A stretch of DNA of 64,000 bases, from contig OZ250150.1 in NCBI GenBank assembly GCA_965237675.1, forward strand, positions 2,848,001-2,912,000, read 5' to 3'. Source of the DNA: Candidatus Latescibacterota bacterium (lineage in GTDB: Bacteria; Latescibacterota; UBA2968; GCA-2709665). This document shows, piece by piece, positions 1-10,374 of the stretch (positions are counted from its first letter, which is position 1; every line of letters starts with the position of its first letter). Made by a program: the position numbers and the translations under genes. The notes under the pieces are model-generated. The model had not been told where the DNA came from. It did not search any database and saw only the letters and a program-made list of their open reading frames with translations.

Positions 1-151
1 GCAACTGTCCTTCCACATACCGCGTGGTCTCCGTTTCCTCGCCGCTCACCTCGGGATGGGCATGGAGATGCCGCCTGGCCTGCACCATGCGGTCCTGGTA
101 CGCATCGACGGTCCGGTCGAGTTGCCGAATCCATGGATTTTGATCTGTCAT
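1..151 (-). CDS. M20D amidohydrolase, N-terminal part (runs off window)
   Basis: Not in ORF track. Manual translation from ATG151 gives MTDQNPWIRQLDRTVDAYQDRMVQARRHLHAHPEVSGEETETTRYV; RRHLHAHPE.SGEE.ET is the M20D N-terminal signature. Confidence 0.85.
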   Translation of the reverse strand, partial: MTDQNPWIRQLDRTVDAYQDRMVQARRHLHAHPEVSGEETETTRYVEGQL

Positions 152-174
152 CGTCGACGTGTTTATCCGGGATT

Positions 175-2115
175 CTAACCCGCGACTTCTTTGGCGATGG
201 CGACGCATTTGGCGGCGAAGGTGTCGTAGGCGGCTCGGAACTCGGCGCTGGTTTTCTGCACGGAGCCGAAATCCGGCCAGTCGGCAGGTTCCATGCCCCG
301 GGTCTGCCAGCCCGCGACATCGATGCCGACGACGTTCTGCAGGAAGTCTTTGAGAGAGGGCGTCAGGTCGTAGCCGCGGCAGAAATCGGGAAGTTCGCGC
401 AGGCGCTGGTCCACGCCGGGTTCGTAGGTATCCAGCACCGCGCCCCTGAAGTCTTCGAGGTTGAAGCCCTCCTGCTCGGAAGCGGTCTGGACGGCGCGCG
501 CGTGGTTTGGAAATTCGGTGTTGCACATGTTGGAAGCGCCCAGCGTGTGGAAGGAGTCTTCCGGAATGCGCTTGGAGGCGGGAAGTACGTCCATGGAGTC
601 CACGATCCATCCTGCCTGCTCGTCCGTAACAGCGCAGGTTTTCCGGAGATAGGTGACCCATTTGGGCCGGTTTTCCGGGCTGAAGAAGACCCAGTAGACG
701 CGGCGGGCGACCAGGGTGCCCGCTTTTTTCAGATCTTCTTCGAGAAGCTGGATGGCGTCCGCGGACTGCCCGGCCGCTGCAGCGGCTTCCAGGACGATGG
801 GGTGGTCCAGGGATTTGAGGTTCTGGTAGGCGCAGACAGCCTGAGCCCTGTCGGCCATGGATCCGTTGTCCGCATCTCCCGCGCCGAGGTCGGCTGCCAG
901 GGCGTCAAGGAGTTCACTCGCTTTGCCTTCTCCGGCTCTTTCCGCCGCGGAGAGAAAGATTTTCTCGGCTTCAACCTCCCGCAGGTGGCTTACAAACCGG
1001 CCGCCCATGTTGGTTTCGTAGGTGCGTACAACCTGCCCGCCCGCCTTCGCCGCGTGAGCCTTGCCCTCGAACGCGTCCAGTATGAGCTGAACTTCCTGGG
1101 CCACGGTGTAGACCACGGTGTTGTTGGAGCCAATGGCATTGCTGTTGAGAGTCGTGGTGATTTTTCGGGCGGCCTCGTGGCTGGCGGCGACTTTGAAGAC
1201 GATGTTGGGGTTGACCACGCCAGACCGGTTACCCAGGCCCAGCAGACGGTCGTATCCTTCGAGGAAATCGGCCGCCAACCCGTACGCATTTCGGGCATCC
1301 TCGATGCTCGCGTCGGCCTGGTCGGCGATGTTGGGATTCAGCTGGAAGCTGACCATGTAGTCTTTGAGGTCCGTATGCACGGCAAGCGGCCGGAAAATGG
1401 ACAGGTTGGGCCAGAGGGCGATGAGGGTGGCGGCCATGGCGATTTCATCCGCGTAGGCCTCGGGGTGTTGTTTCCAGTTATCGTGTTTGTCGATTTCGCC
1501 CTTGAGTTGCTCGGCGAGTGAACCGTCTTCGTCGAAAGCCTTTGCGGCCAGCACGGGGTTGGTGGACACCTGGCAGAAACCATAGTGGCGAAGGTATTCC
1601 AGGCCACGCGCGAAGTCGTTGCCGAATTTGCAGTAGTCTTCGCCGATCATCTTCCAATAAACACCGCCGCGCATGTGCCGTTTAAGCAGAGTAAGAAAGG
1701 AACGGCCCGGGCCGCTCTGGCTCAGGTCCGATTCGATGCGTTCGGCAAGAAGGCCGGAGAGGCTGTCGCTCAGGTTGACGGACTTCATGTCGGCCAGAAA
1801 TTCAGCCACGACGCCCGCCATTACGCCTCCTTCGAGATCATCGATCGCGGCCAGGACCCGCTCGAGTGCGCGGTCGGCTTCGTGCGCGCCGTATCCGACG
1901 ATTTCGGCGTCCCGCCCCACAAAGTTCATGCCGAGCCGGATCAGGGTGCGGCAGACCGCGTTGGCGGGACACTCGCTATTTTGAATAGCGGCCAGGAGTT
2001 CGTCTACGCGGGCGGTCAGGGCGCCGGGCTGCGGTTCGATGAGTACCTGGTCCGCTGCTGCGAGTGTCTGTCCGTTGCCGATCGCTTCCACCACGGCGGT
2101 GTTGTCGATTGCCAT
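175..2115 (-). CDS. Transaldolase-family protein with long N-terminal extension
   Basis: STNP motif, FKV Schiff-base Lys region, NNTVVYT; ATG2115 with GGAGG RBS; ~646 aa. Confidence 0.75.
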   Translation of the reverse strand: MAIDNTAVVEAIGNGQTLAAADQVLIEPQPGALTARVDELLAAIQNSECPANAVCRTLIRLGMNFVGRDAEIVGYGAHEADRALERVLAAIDDLEGGVMAGVVAEFLADMKSVNLSDSLSGLLAERIESDLSQSGPGRSFLTLLKRHMRGGVYWKMIGEDYCKFGNDFARGLEYLRHYGFCQVSTNPVLAAKAFDEDGSLAEQLKGEIDKHDNWKQHPEAYADEIAMAATLIALWPNLSIFRPLAVHTDLKDYMVSFQLNPNIADQADASIEDARNAYGLAADFLEGYDRLLGLGNRSGVVNPNIVFKVAASHEAARKITTTLNSNAIGSNNTVVYTVAQEVQLILDAFEGKAHAAKAGGQVVRTYETNMGGRFVSHLREVEAEKIFLSAAERAGEGKASELLDALAADLGAGDADNGSMADRAQAVCAYQNLKSLDHPIVLEAAAAAGQSADAIQLLEEDLKKAGTLVARRVYWVFFSPENRPKWVTYLRKTCAVTDEQAGWIVDSMDVLPASKRIPEDSFHTLGASNMCNTEFPNHARAVQTASEQEGFNLEDFRGAVLDTYEPGVDQRLRELPDFCRGYDLTPSLKDFLQNVVGIDVAGWQTRGMEPADWPDFGSVQKTSAEFRAAYDTFAAKCVAIAKEVAG

Positions 2116-2214
2116 TTCGTGGCCTCCCTTCACATCGTACAGGACGTGAGACGGCTCTGTACACCATCCGGCGGCGGACGGGCCGTCTGTTATCTGCCGG
2201 TTGCCGGATTAACT

Positions 2215-3021
2215 TCAGTCAATGCCCAGCACATCCCGCATGGTGAACAGCCCGGGGCGCGCGTTCACGACATAGCGGATGGCCTGAAGAATCCCCACGC
2301 CGTAGGAATCCCGGCTCTGCGCGCGGTGAACGAGTTGGAAAGTTTCGCCGGTGCCGCCAAAGATGACAGTATGCTCCCCGGCCAGGTCTCCCGCGCGAAT
2401 GGCGTGGATGCCGATTTCATCCCCGGTGCGAGCGCCCACTTCCCCGTGGCGGCCATAGAGGGCCACGTCGTCCAGGTTTCGACCCAAACCCGTTGCCGCG
2501 GCATTCGCCAGCGCCAGGGCCGTGCCGCTGGGGGCATCGGTTTTGAAGTGGTGGTGGGCCTCGACGATCTCCACGTCGTAACCGTCACCCAGCATGCGTG
2601 CGGCGTCTTCGACCAGCTTGATGAATACGGTCACGCCAATACTGAAGCTGGGGGCGAAGACGCAGGCGACGTTCTTGAGGGCATTTTCGAATTCGGTAAG
2701 CTGCAGGGCCGACATGCCCGTGGTGCCGACCACCATCGGCCTACCCGATTCGCCGGCAATTCGAGCCGCGTCGAGCGTGCCGTCCGGGGGTGCGGTGAAG
2801 GCGACGACCACGTCGGCGTTTCCGATGACGGTTTCCAGGTCGTCCACAACGTGGAAACCGGTGTGCGCGGCGCCCACGACCTCACCGATGTCACGCCCGA
2901 TTGCGGGGTTGTCGCGAGCTTCCACGCCGCCGACGATTTTCAGGTCGTCGGTATCCATGGCAAGATGGGCGATACGGCCGCACATCTTGCCCGCGATGCC
3001 GCAGATAACGATGTTTGTCAT
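2215..3021 (-). CDS. dapB: 4-hydroxy-tetrahydrodipicolinate reductase
   Basis: GIAGKMC Rossmann start, VGTTG, EAHHHFKTDAPSGTA signature. Confidence 0.97.
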   Translation of the reverse strand: MTNIVICGIAGKMCGRIAHLAMDTDDLKIVGGVEARDNPAIGRDIGEVVGAAHTGFHVVDDLETVIGNADVVVAFTAPPDGTLDAARIAGESGRPMVVGTTGMSALQLTEFENALKNVACVFAPSFSIGVTVFIKLVEDAARMLGDGYDVEIVEAHHHFKTDAPSGTALALANAAATGLGRNLDDVALYGRHGEVGARTGDEIGIHAIRAGDLAGEHTVIFGGTGETFQLVHRAQSRDSYGVGILQAIRYVVNARPGLFTMRDVLGID

Positions 3022-3148
3022 GTGGATTCTCCGGGGACAACGCGACGTGGAGAGAAGGCGCGTCGTTCGAGGGTGTCCGGTGCGCCCACCAGGGCAGGTC
3101 GATTCACCGCGCTTCCACAGGGACCCCGCTGCGCCGGCGATTGCCCGG

Positions 3149-4945
3149 CTACCAGGCGCTGAGGCGTTGCTCGAGGGCGTTGAGTTCGGTTAACAATTCC
3201 CGGGGCAGGCGATCTCCAAAGCCGGCGTAGAACTCCTGGATATCGGGCAGTTCGGCGCGCCAGTGTTCCGCATTCACGGAAAGCAACTCATCCACGTGGG
3301 CATCCGGGACGTCCAGGCCGTCGAGGTCCAGGGCGTCGGGCGTCGGGACATAGCCGATTGGGGTTTCAACCGCGTCCGCCGTGCCTTCGATGCGTCCGCA
3401 GATCCATTTGAGCACGCGGCTGTTCTCGCCGAAACCGGGCCAGAGCCAGTTGCCGTTCGCGTCCTTGCGAAACCAGTTCACGTAGAAGATTCTGGGCGCG
3501 TTGTCGCCCAGCCGGGCACCGATATCGAACCAGTGTCTGAAATAGTCGCCCATATGATAGCCACAGAAAGGAAGCATCGCAAAGGGATCTCTCCGCAGCT
3601 TGCCCACGGCGCCGGCCGCGGCGGCCGTGGTTTCGGACGCCATAATGGAGCCCAGGAAGACGCCGTGCCGCCAGTTCGTCGCTTCGAAGACCAGGGGAAC
3701 GACCAATGAGCGACGACCGCCGAAGATGAACGCCGACATGGGGACGCCATCGGGGTTTTCCCACTCCGGATCGATGACCGGGCACTGCACGGCCGGGGCG
3801 GTGTACCTGGCATTGGGATTGGAGGCTTTGCCTTCCGAACCCGGTGTCCAGGGACGGCCCAGCCAATCTTCCAGTTGTGGGGGTGGGTCGTCCGTCATCT
3901 CTTCCCACCAGACGTCGCCCTCAGGTGTGAGCGCCGTGTTGGTGAAGATGCTGTTCTTTGTGAGGGCAGCCATGGCGTGGCCATTGGAATCCAGGCTTGT
4001 TCCGGGCGCAACGCCGAAGAATCCGGCCTCCGGGTTGATCGCCCTGAGCTTTCCGTCGGGCCCCTGCCGCATCCAGGCAATGTCGTCGCCCACGCAGCGC
4101 GCTTCCCAGCCGGGGACCGTGGGTTGCAACATGGCCAGGTTCGTCTTACCGCACGCGGATGGAAATGCGGCGCCGATGTAATGTTTTCTTTTTTCGGGAG
4201 AGGTGAGTCCCAGGATGAGCATGTGCTCGGCCATCCAGCCTTCGTCGCGGGCCATGGTCGACGCAATGCGGAGGGCGAAACATTTCTTGCCAAGCAGGGC
4301 GTTCCCGCCGTAACCGGAGCCGTACGACCAGATGGAGGGCTCTTCGGAAAAGTGTACGATGTATTTTCGATCCGCGTTGCACGGCCAGGAGACGTCTCTC
4401 TGTCCGGGCTTGAGCGGGGTGCCCACCGAATGCATGCACGGGAGGAAGTCTCCGTCCCCAAGGGCGTCCAGTACCCGGTCGCCCGTTCGGGTCATGATGT
4501 ACATGCTGCAGACGACGTAAGGTGAGTCCGTGATTTCCACGCCGATCTTGGACGTGGGCGAACCGATGGAGCCCATGGAGAACGGGATCACGTACATGGT
4601 CCGTCCCCGCATCGACCCCGCGAACAAACCCTTGAGATTGCGTTTCATCCCTTCGGGTTCGCGCCAGTTGTTGGTGGGTCCGACGTCGTCCTCATTGGTT
4701 GTGCAGATAAAGGTGCGGTCTTCCACGCGGGCGACATCGCCCGCGTCGGACCGGGCAAGAAAGCTGTTGGGGCGCCGGTCCGGATTCAGCCGGACAAAGG
4801 TTCCCGCCCGGCACAGCAGTTCGGCGAGATCATTGTACTCTTCCTGGGAACCGTCGCTCCACTGGATGTTGTCGGGCTTACAGAGTTGCGCGGCCTCTTC
4901 TACCCAGTTCAGCAGTTTAAGGTTTGCGGTTTTCCTTTTTTCCAT
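3149..4945 (-). CDS. pckG: Phosphoenolpyruvate carboxykinase (GTP)
   Basis: [55 protein letters not shown]. Confidence 0.98.
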   Translation of the reverse strand: MEKRKTANLKLLNWVEEAAQLCKPDNIQWSDGSQEEYNDLAELLCRAGTFVRLNPDRRPNSFLARSDAGDVARVEDRTFICTTNEDDVGPTNNWREPEGMKRNLKGLFAGSMRGRTMYVIPFSMGSIGSPTSKIGVEITDSPYVVCSMYIMTRTGDRVLDALGDGDFLPCMHSVGTPLKPGQRDVSWPCNADRKYIVHFSEEPSIWSYGSGYGGNALLGKKCFALRIASTMARDEGWMAEHMLILGLTSPEKRKHYIGAAFPSACGKTNLAMLQPTVPGWEARCVGDDIAWMRQGPDGKLRAINPEAGFFGVAPGTSLDSNGHAMAALTKNSIFTNTALTPEGDVWWEEMTDDPPPQLEDWLGRPWTPGSEGKASNPNARYTAPAVQCPVIDPEWENPDGVPMSAFIFGGRRSLVVPLVFEATNWRHGVFLGSIMASETTAAAAGAVGKLRRDPFAMLPFCGYHMGDYFRHWFDIGARLGDNAPRIFYVNWFRKDANGNWLWPGFGENSRVLKWICGRIEGTADAVETPIGYVPTPDALDLDGLDVPDAHVDELLSVNAEHWRAELPDIQEFYAGFGDRLPRELLTELNALEQRLSAW

Positions 4946-4968
4946 TCGATTCTTTCCAGGGTTTAGGG

Positions 4969-6006
4969 TCAGTCAAGGTACGCCAGATCTTCGAGTGTTG
5001 AGGCGTCCCTGAGACGGTTTGCTATATTCACGTTGAAGAACTGTTCGATGGGCGCGAGGATTTCAGGATTCTTGTCCTGCACGTTTCGTGCGATTTCAAG
5101 GACCTGTCTGAGACCGCTCTGGTTCATCCTGCCCAGCGGCCGCCGGCATGGGCCCGCCGGCATGCCCAGGATATTCATCAGTGTCTTTATGGGCACGGGG
5201 TTTCGGGCTTTAACCTGCGTCGTTCCGAAGGGTGTTTCTTCTTCCGACAGGACGGTGACCATTCCGAAGAGGAGCCTGAGCGCATCCGCCAGGCGATCCG
5301 CCTCGACCGTATCGCCGTCGAGGATCGCTTGCGTGAAACTCTGTATGGGTCCGGGGACCACGTTGGATAAGACCGAGATGACGCCGTTCGCGCGGATGCG
5401 GGCGTCGGTCATCATGGTATGGGTGATATCGTCGTCGCCGGAGAGAATGTTGAAATCGTCCCCGCAGACTTCACGCGTCCGGGCCATGTTCTCCAGGTCG
5501 CCTGTGGCTTCTTTGACGGCGTTGACGTTTTCGTAGTCGCGGTTCAGAATGGCCAGGTCTTCCGGGAGCAGTTTCGTGCCGGAACGCCCCGGAATGACGT
5601 AGGAGACCATCTGAAGCTCCGGAAAGGCTTCGGCAACGGGCGCAACGTATTCCCGGCGGATTTCAAGCGAACTGGGGCCGTTGTAGTACGGATCTACAAG
5701 AAGGGCGGTATCGGCCCCGGCGTGCGCGGCGTGTTCCGTGGCGCGCAGGGTTTCCTCCGTGGCATTGCTACCGGTGCCGGCGATGGCGCGGCATTCGCCT
5801 CTGGCCAGGGCGCAGACCCGATCTGTGACGCTGTTGTGTTCTTTACTGTTGAGCGTGGGGCTTTCGCCGGTCGTGCCTACCGCGAGGATGCCGCTTACAC
5901 CCTGTGAAATCTGGAAATTGACCAGTTTTTCCAACCCGCGTTCGTCCACGCCTTTGTCGGGGTCCAAGGGTGTGATGAGGGCCGTATAACATCCACTGAA
6001 TAACAT
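4969..6006 (-). CDS. dapA: 4-hydroxy-tetrahydrodipicolinate synthase
   Basis: [29 protein letters not shown]; AGGAGG RBS; directly downstream of a lysine riboswitch. Confidence 0.95.
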   Translation of the reverse strand: MLFSGCYTALITPLDPDKGVDERGLEKLVNFQISQGVSGILAVGTTGESPTLNSKEHNSVTDRVCALARGECRAIAGTGSNATEETLRATEHAAHAGADTALLVDPYYNGPSSLEIRREYVAPVAEAFPELQMVSYVIPGRSGTKLLPEDLAILNRDYENVNAVKEATGDLENMARTREVCGDDFNILSGDDDITHTMMTDARIRANGVISVLSNVVPGPIQSFTQAILDGDTVEADRLADALRLLFGMVTVLSEEETPFGTTQVKARNPVPIKTLMNILGMPAGPCRRPLGRMNQSGLRQVLEIARNVQDKNPEILAPIEQFFNVNIANRLRDASTLEDLAYLD

Positions 6007-6060
6007 GGGGCCACCTCCTGGTGAAAATAGGTTGAACCGGGTTGCCGATCAGGTTGGAGC

Positions 6061-6106
6061 AAAAAAAACAGCCGGTTCCCAATGGGGGTGGAGGCAAGGC
6101 CGGCCG
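6061..6106 (-). terminator. Intrinsic terminator of the lysine riboswitch expression platform
   Basis: Minus strand GCCGGCCTTGCC...GGGAACCGGCTG followed by T8. Confidence 0.85.
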
Positions 6107-6128
6107 TGCAAGTTCCAGCATGGATGGC

Positions 6129-6304
6129 GCAAGAGAGCACTCCACGGAGTCATCCGTGACAGTCCAGCGGATCTTATCCGAGTGGACCAGCCCCAGTCTG
6201 CGGCGGAGCAGATTCGGGACTTCGGCAGGTTTTCCCTTTCGCCGGTGTGTTGGTTACGCCTCGTTTCGCCGGGTACTCTTGAAAACCTGCGCCTCTACCC
6301 TTGC
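6129..6304 (-). promoter_or_regulatory. Lysine riboswitch (L-box) aptamer
   Basis: Minus strand carries AGAGGCGC, AAGAGTA, GAAAGGG, GCCGAAG, CTGGTCC, GGACTGTCAC, GTGGAGTGCT in the canonical order; P1 GCAAGGG/CTCTTGC; upstream of dapA. Confidence 0.95.
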
Positions 6305-6319
6305 CTTTCTGAAAAAAAC

Positions 6320-6348
6320 AAATTAGCCAATGGGTTGGCCTGTGTCAA
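6320..6348 (-). promoter_or_regulatory. Sigma-70 promoter for riboswitch/dap operon
   Basis: TTGACA-17-TAATTT about 15 nt upstream of the aptamer. Confidence 0.75.
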
Positions 6349-6545
6349 GTGGAAAGATGGAACGTGGGATCCCGAGGCCGCGGAATGCGCCGGATGAAGA
6401 CCCTGTAAAGATGCGGGAATTCGCGATAAGGCGTCATGTTTTGCTTTCGTTTACGGACCCGGTAGACTATATTCCGTCTTCCGTTTTTCTGCAGTCCGTC
6501 GGACGGATACGGCCTCGCGCCGGGCCTATCCATGGAAGGAAGACT

Positions 6546-7784
6546 ATGCATTCATTTGAACCGCAGCGACATACCTTGACCAATGGGATTGAAGTCGTCG
6601 CCGAGGGCATACCCGGCGCCCAATCTGTTGTCGTTGGCTTCCGGTTGGGCTTCGGGGCGAAAGACGATCCCGTCGACCGGCTGGGGTTGGCCTGGGTCAC
6701 CGAAGAAACGTTGTTGAAGGGCACGCCGACTCGCGACGCACGCTCAATTTACGATGCCTTCGATTCCCTCGGCGCGCGACGCGGCTCGGCGACGGCCGTG
6801 GAGTTCACCGAATTCCAGGCACAGCTGTTACCGAGGCATTTTCTCGATGTGTTGAAACTCTACGCCGAAGTGTTTCGCGGCGCATCCTTTCCGGATGAGC
6901 AGGTCGAGGTGGCGAAAACACTGGCGCTCGAGGAACTGAAGCGTCTGGAAGACAGTCCGACACACCAGGTTCTGTATATGACGTATCAGGCCGGGCTGGG
7001 GGATCCGATGGGGCGCAATCCCCTGGGAGAAGCCGAGACGGTTGCCACGATTGCCCCGACTGACGTGCGCGGTTTCTGGAGGCGGTTCTGCGGCCCGCAA
7101 CGTCTTCTGATCTCGGTGGCCGGCGGCCTGGAGACAGAAGCGATGTTCCGGGCAGTAGACGATGCGTTTGGCGCCTGGAAGAAATCCGGGCCGCCGCCCG
7201 AAGATCCGTACCCACTTTCGGTGGCGGGCCGAACGGTGCACCATCCAAAACAATCCGAGCAGGCGCATATCGGGCTGCTTTTTGAAGCCGCGCCGCGGGG
7301 CCACGCACTCTATTATCCGGCCCAACTCGCGGTGGCCGTACTGTCCGGCAGCGGGTCCAGCCGCCTGTTTACCGAGGTGAGGGAAAAGCGGGGGCTGGCT
7401 TATAGTGTTTCGGCCTTTTACGGGGCACGTCGGGGCGGCGGTTTAATCGTACTGTATGCCGGCACGACGGCGGACCGCGCCGACGAGACCCTAAAGGTGT
7501 GCCGACGGGAGGTGCTGCGGGTTACGGAGGACCTGACGCAGGCTGAACTCGACAGGGCGAAAACCGTGTTGAAGGGACAACTGTTCACAACGGGCGACTT
7601 GCCGGAAGGGCGCGCCGGCAGTATGTTGGAAGATATGTTTCTGGAGGGGCGTCCGCGGTCGATCCAGGAGATCGCCAATGGGATTGACGGCGTGACGTTA
7701 GACCAGGTGCCCGCTTATCTGGAGACGTTTCCACCGTCTCCTGCATCGCTGGTTACGCTGGGCCCCAGGGCCCTGGAGGCCTGA
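6546..7784 (+). CDS. M16 peptidase family, non-catalytic subunit
   Basis: M16 fold motifs (LKGT, SSRLFTEVREKRGLAY) but HXXEH replaced by WVTEE; ATG6546 after GGAAGGA. Confidence 0.9.
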   Translation: MHSFEPQRHTLTNGIEVVAEGIPGAQSVVVGFRLGFGAKDDPVDRLGLAWVTEETLLKGTPTRDARSIYDAFDSLGARRGSATAVEFTEFQAQLLPRHFLDVLKLYAEVFRGASFPDEQVEVAKTLALEELKRLEDSPTHQVLYMTYQAGLGDPMGRNPLGEAETVATIAPTDVRGFWRRFCGPQRLLISVAGGLETEAMFRAVDDAFGAWKKSGPPPEDPYPLSVAGRTVHHPKQSEQAHIGLLFEAAPRGHALYYPAQLAVAVLSGSGSSRLFTEVREKRGLAYSVSAFYGARRGGGLIVLYAGTTADRADETLKVCRREVLRVTEDLTQAELDRAKTVLKGQLFTTGDLPEGRAGSMLEDMFLEGRPRSIQEIANGIDGVTLDQVPAYLETFPPSPASLVTLGPRALEA

Positions 7785-7815
7785 GTACGGCAGCCGAGAT
7801 TCCCGGGAGAAATCT

Positions 7816-9048
7816 ATGCGTTCACCCTTTTCTACTCATACACTGGATAACGGGCTTAAACTGGTATTCGAGTCCATTCCCAGGATTCACTCGGCGGCAC
7901 TGGGATTTTACGTGCATACCGGGTCGCGCGACGAACCCGCGGACCTGGCAGGGGTGTCGCATTTTCTGGAGCACATGTGTTTCAAGGGCACTGCAAATCG
8001 GGATTGGCGCCAGCTGAGCCTCGACGTCGACGATCTGGGCGCGATGTGGAATGCGTATACATGGTGGGAGGGCACGGCCTATTTTCACTGGGTGCAGAGC
8101 GATCGGGCGGCGAACTCGGCGGAAATTCTGGCCGACATGATGCGGTCGACACTGCCGGAAGACCAGTTCGACATAGAAAAGAAAGTGATCCTGGAAGAGA
8201 TTGCAATGTATCGAGACCGGCCTGATGCGTTGATTATCGACGAACTGATTCAGGAGGCATTTGCCGGGCATCCGCTGGGGCAGAGCGTACTCGGCACGGA
8301 GGACACGATCGGGCCGATCTCCCGGGATCAGATGGCGGATTATTTCCATGAGCGATATGGGCCCGATAACATGACATTTGTGATTACCGGCAGATTCGAT
8401 CGCGATGAAATGATCCGCGTGGCTGAAAACCATTGTGGCGGATGGGAAACACGGGAGGCGATCCGGGCGCAAATGAAACCGGAGTTTCGAGCTTCCAGGA
8501 AGGTGTTGGAGCGTACAAACGTGATCCGGGAACATATCGCCATGGCGTATCCCGCGCCATGCGACTCGGACGAATGGGCAACGACGGCCGATCTGCTGGC
8601 CTACTATCTGGGTGCGGCCAGCAATAGCCGTCTGTTCTGGTCGGTCGTTCAGAAGGGGCTGGCAGACGAGGCGTCGGCGGATTTTTGCGGGTTCAGCGAT
8701 ACCGGACTGTTTTGCGTTTATGTCTCCGTTGATCCGAAAAATGTCTCGCGAGTGCTGGAGATTGTCCGGCAAGAAGTGGACGAACTTAAGCGGGGGGTGG
8801 ACGGAGAAGCCCTTGCCCGGGCGAGGACCAAGCAGGCGACGGCACTCGTGACGGGCGGCGAGCACGGCCTCCGGCGTTTTTCACAGATTGTGGGAAGTTT
8901 GAGTACTGGCACGCCGCTGAAAACGCTGGAAGAGGAGTTGGCCGAGATCGACGCGGTGACGCCGGGACGGATCGCCGAATATCTGGAACGGTATCCACTG
9001 GATGGTGAACCGGCGGTAGTCGCCCTCGGACCGCTAACGTCTATCTGA
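7816..9048 (+). CDS. M16 zinc peptidase, catalytic subunit
   Basis: HFLEH motif, NAYT, EKKVILEE. Confidence 0.93.
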   Translation: MRSPFSTHTLDNGLKLVFESIPRIHSAALGFYVHTGSRDEPADLAGVSHFLEHMCFKGTANRDWRQLSLDVDDLGAMWNAYTWWEGTAYFHWVQSDRAANSAEILADMMRSTLPEDQFDIEKKVILEEIAMYRDRPDALIIDELIQEAFAGHPLGQSVLGTEDTIGPISRDQMADYFHERYGPDNMTFVITGRFDRDEMIRVAENHCGGWETREAIRAQMKPEFRASRKVLERTNVIREHIAMAYPAPCDSDEWATTADLLAYYLGAASNSRLFWSVVQKGLADEASADFCGFSDTGLFCVYVSVDPKNVSRVLEIVRQEVDELKRGVDGEALARARTKQATALVTGGEHGLRRFSQIVGSLSTGTPLKTLEEELAEIDAVTPGRIAEYLERYPLDGEPAVVALGPLTSI

Positions 9049-9079
9049 GAAGCAGACGCTATCCGTGGGCCTTGGCCGT

Positions 9080-10303
9080 TCAGGCGTAGCGGGCGAGGGC
9101 TTCGTCGAGGGATCGGGTGGCGTTGAAGAAGGAGAGCACGCGCAACAGCACGGCATCTACAATGGCGTCCGGGCACGAGGCGCCCGAGGTCAGCGCCACA
9201 TTCAGGGGGCGTTTGACAGGAAGCCAGTCCGCCGTAAGGGCGGCTTTTTTCGTTTCCAGGTCGAAATGGCGGATGGATGATTCCGAGCGGATTTCATCCG
9301 CGTCCTTGACAAAATAGGTGGGCATTTTTTCGTGGCAGAGTTCCACGATGTGGGAGGTGTTGGAGGAGTTGTAACCGCCGACGACGAGCGCCATGTCAGC
9401 GTCCTGTTCGATCAGGGCGTAGGTCGCGTTCTGGTTTTCATTGGTTGCGTAGCAGAGGGTATCCGAGGTGTCGGCGAAGTGATTCTGAACGTTCTGATCG
9501 CCGTAATGTTCCGCCATGCTTTCGCGCAGTATCTTTGCTATGTGCCGTGTTTCGGTGGCAAGCATGGTGGTCTGATTGACGACGCCGATGCGTTGGAGGT
9601 GCCGGTCCGGGTCGAAGCCTTCCGAGCACTTGTGGCCAAAGCGCTTGAAGAACGTGTCGCGGTCTGCCATGCCGCGGATGACGTCGGCAAGAATGTGCGC
9701 CTCTTCCAGGTCCAATACCACAACGGTGGGCGCGCTTCGGACGCTGTGGGAGAAGGTGGCGCGGGTTTCCTGGTGGGTGTCGTTTCCATGCACGATCACG
9801 GAGAATCCGGAATCACCCAGTTTGGCACTGCGGTTCCACACCCGTTCCACAAAGGGGCAGGTTGTGTTGTAAGTATACGCGTCGATGCCGCGTTTGGCGA
9901 GGGCCTCCTGAATTTCCAAGGACGTGCCGAAGGCGGGTACAACGACGATATCTTCCGGTTCAAGGTGTTCCCATGGAATGAGTTGCATTCCGAAGGGGTC
10001 GAACATGAACCGCACGCCCCGGTCTTGCAGGTCGTTGTTGACCTTCGGGTTGTGGATCATTTCATTGAGGAAAAAGATGCGTTGATCCGGATGCTCCTCC
10101 AGCGTTTTATAAGCAATTTCAATGGCGTTCTCCACACCAAAACAGAACCCGAAGTGCCGGGCCAGCAGAAACCGAACGGGACCGAAGTCGAGCACTGAAG
10201 GCGTGAGATCCCGTTTGCGTATGTCTTGCGCCTGCCTGAACGCCTTCACGCGCGAGATTACGGGACTCTTGTAGAAGTCAGGAATTTTGAATTGGCGTGC
10301 CAT
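9080..10303 (-). CDS. ispH: 4-hydroxy-3-methylbut-2-enyl diphosphate reductase
   Basis: GFCFGVENA, IHN, TCPFV, NQTT, TLCYAT, SSNT, GASCPD; start ATG10303. Confidence 0.95.
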   Translation of the reverse strand: MARQFKIPDFYKSPVISRVKAFRQAQDIRKRDLTPSVLDFGPVRFLLARHFGFCFGVENAIEIAYKTLEEHPDQRIFFLNEMIHNPKVNNDLQDRGVRFMFDPFGMQLIPWEHLEPEDIVVVPAFGTSLEIQEALAKRGIDAYTYNTTCPFVERVWNRSAKLGDSGFSVIVHGNDTHQETRATFSHSVRSAPTVVVLDLEEAHILADVIRGMADRDTFFKRFGHKCSEGFDPDRHLQRIGVVNQTTMLATETRHIAKILRESMAEHYGDQNVQNHFADTSDTLCYATNENQNATYALIEQDADMALVVGGYNSSNTSHIVELCHEKMPTYFVKDADEIRSESSIRHFDLETKKAALTADWLPVKRPLNVALTSGASCPDAIVDAVLLRVLSFFNATRSLDEALARYA

Positions 10304-10374
10304 GGTTCGAATCAAGTTGACGAATGGGGCCTGCCGGGTTCGGGAAGAAGTCCGGGCGCCCGCCGGCCGGCGCG

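Noticed and set aside
133-3162. Long plus-strand ORFs (462 and 525 aa)
   Set aside because: Antisense shadows of the transaldolase and dapB genes in GC-rich DNA; no recognisable motifs. The same applies to most overlapping ORFs in the track.
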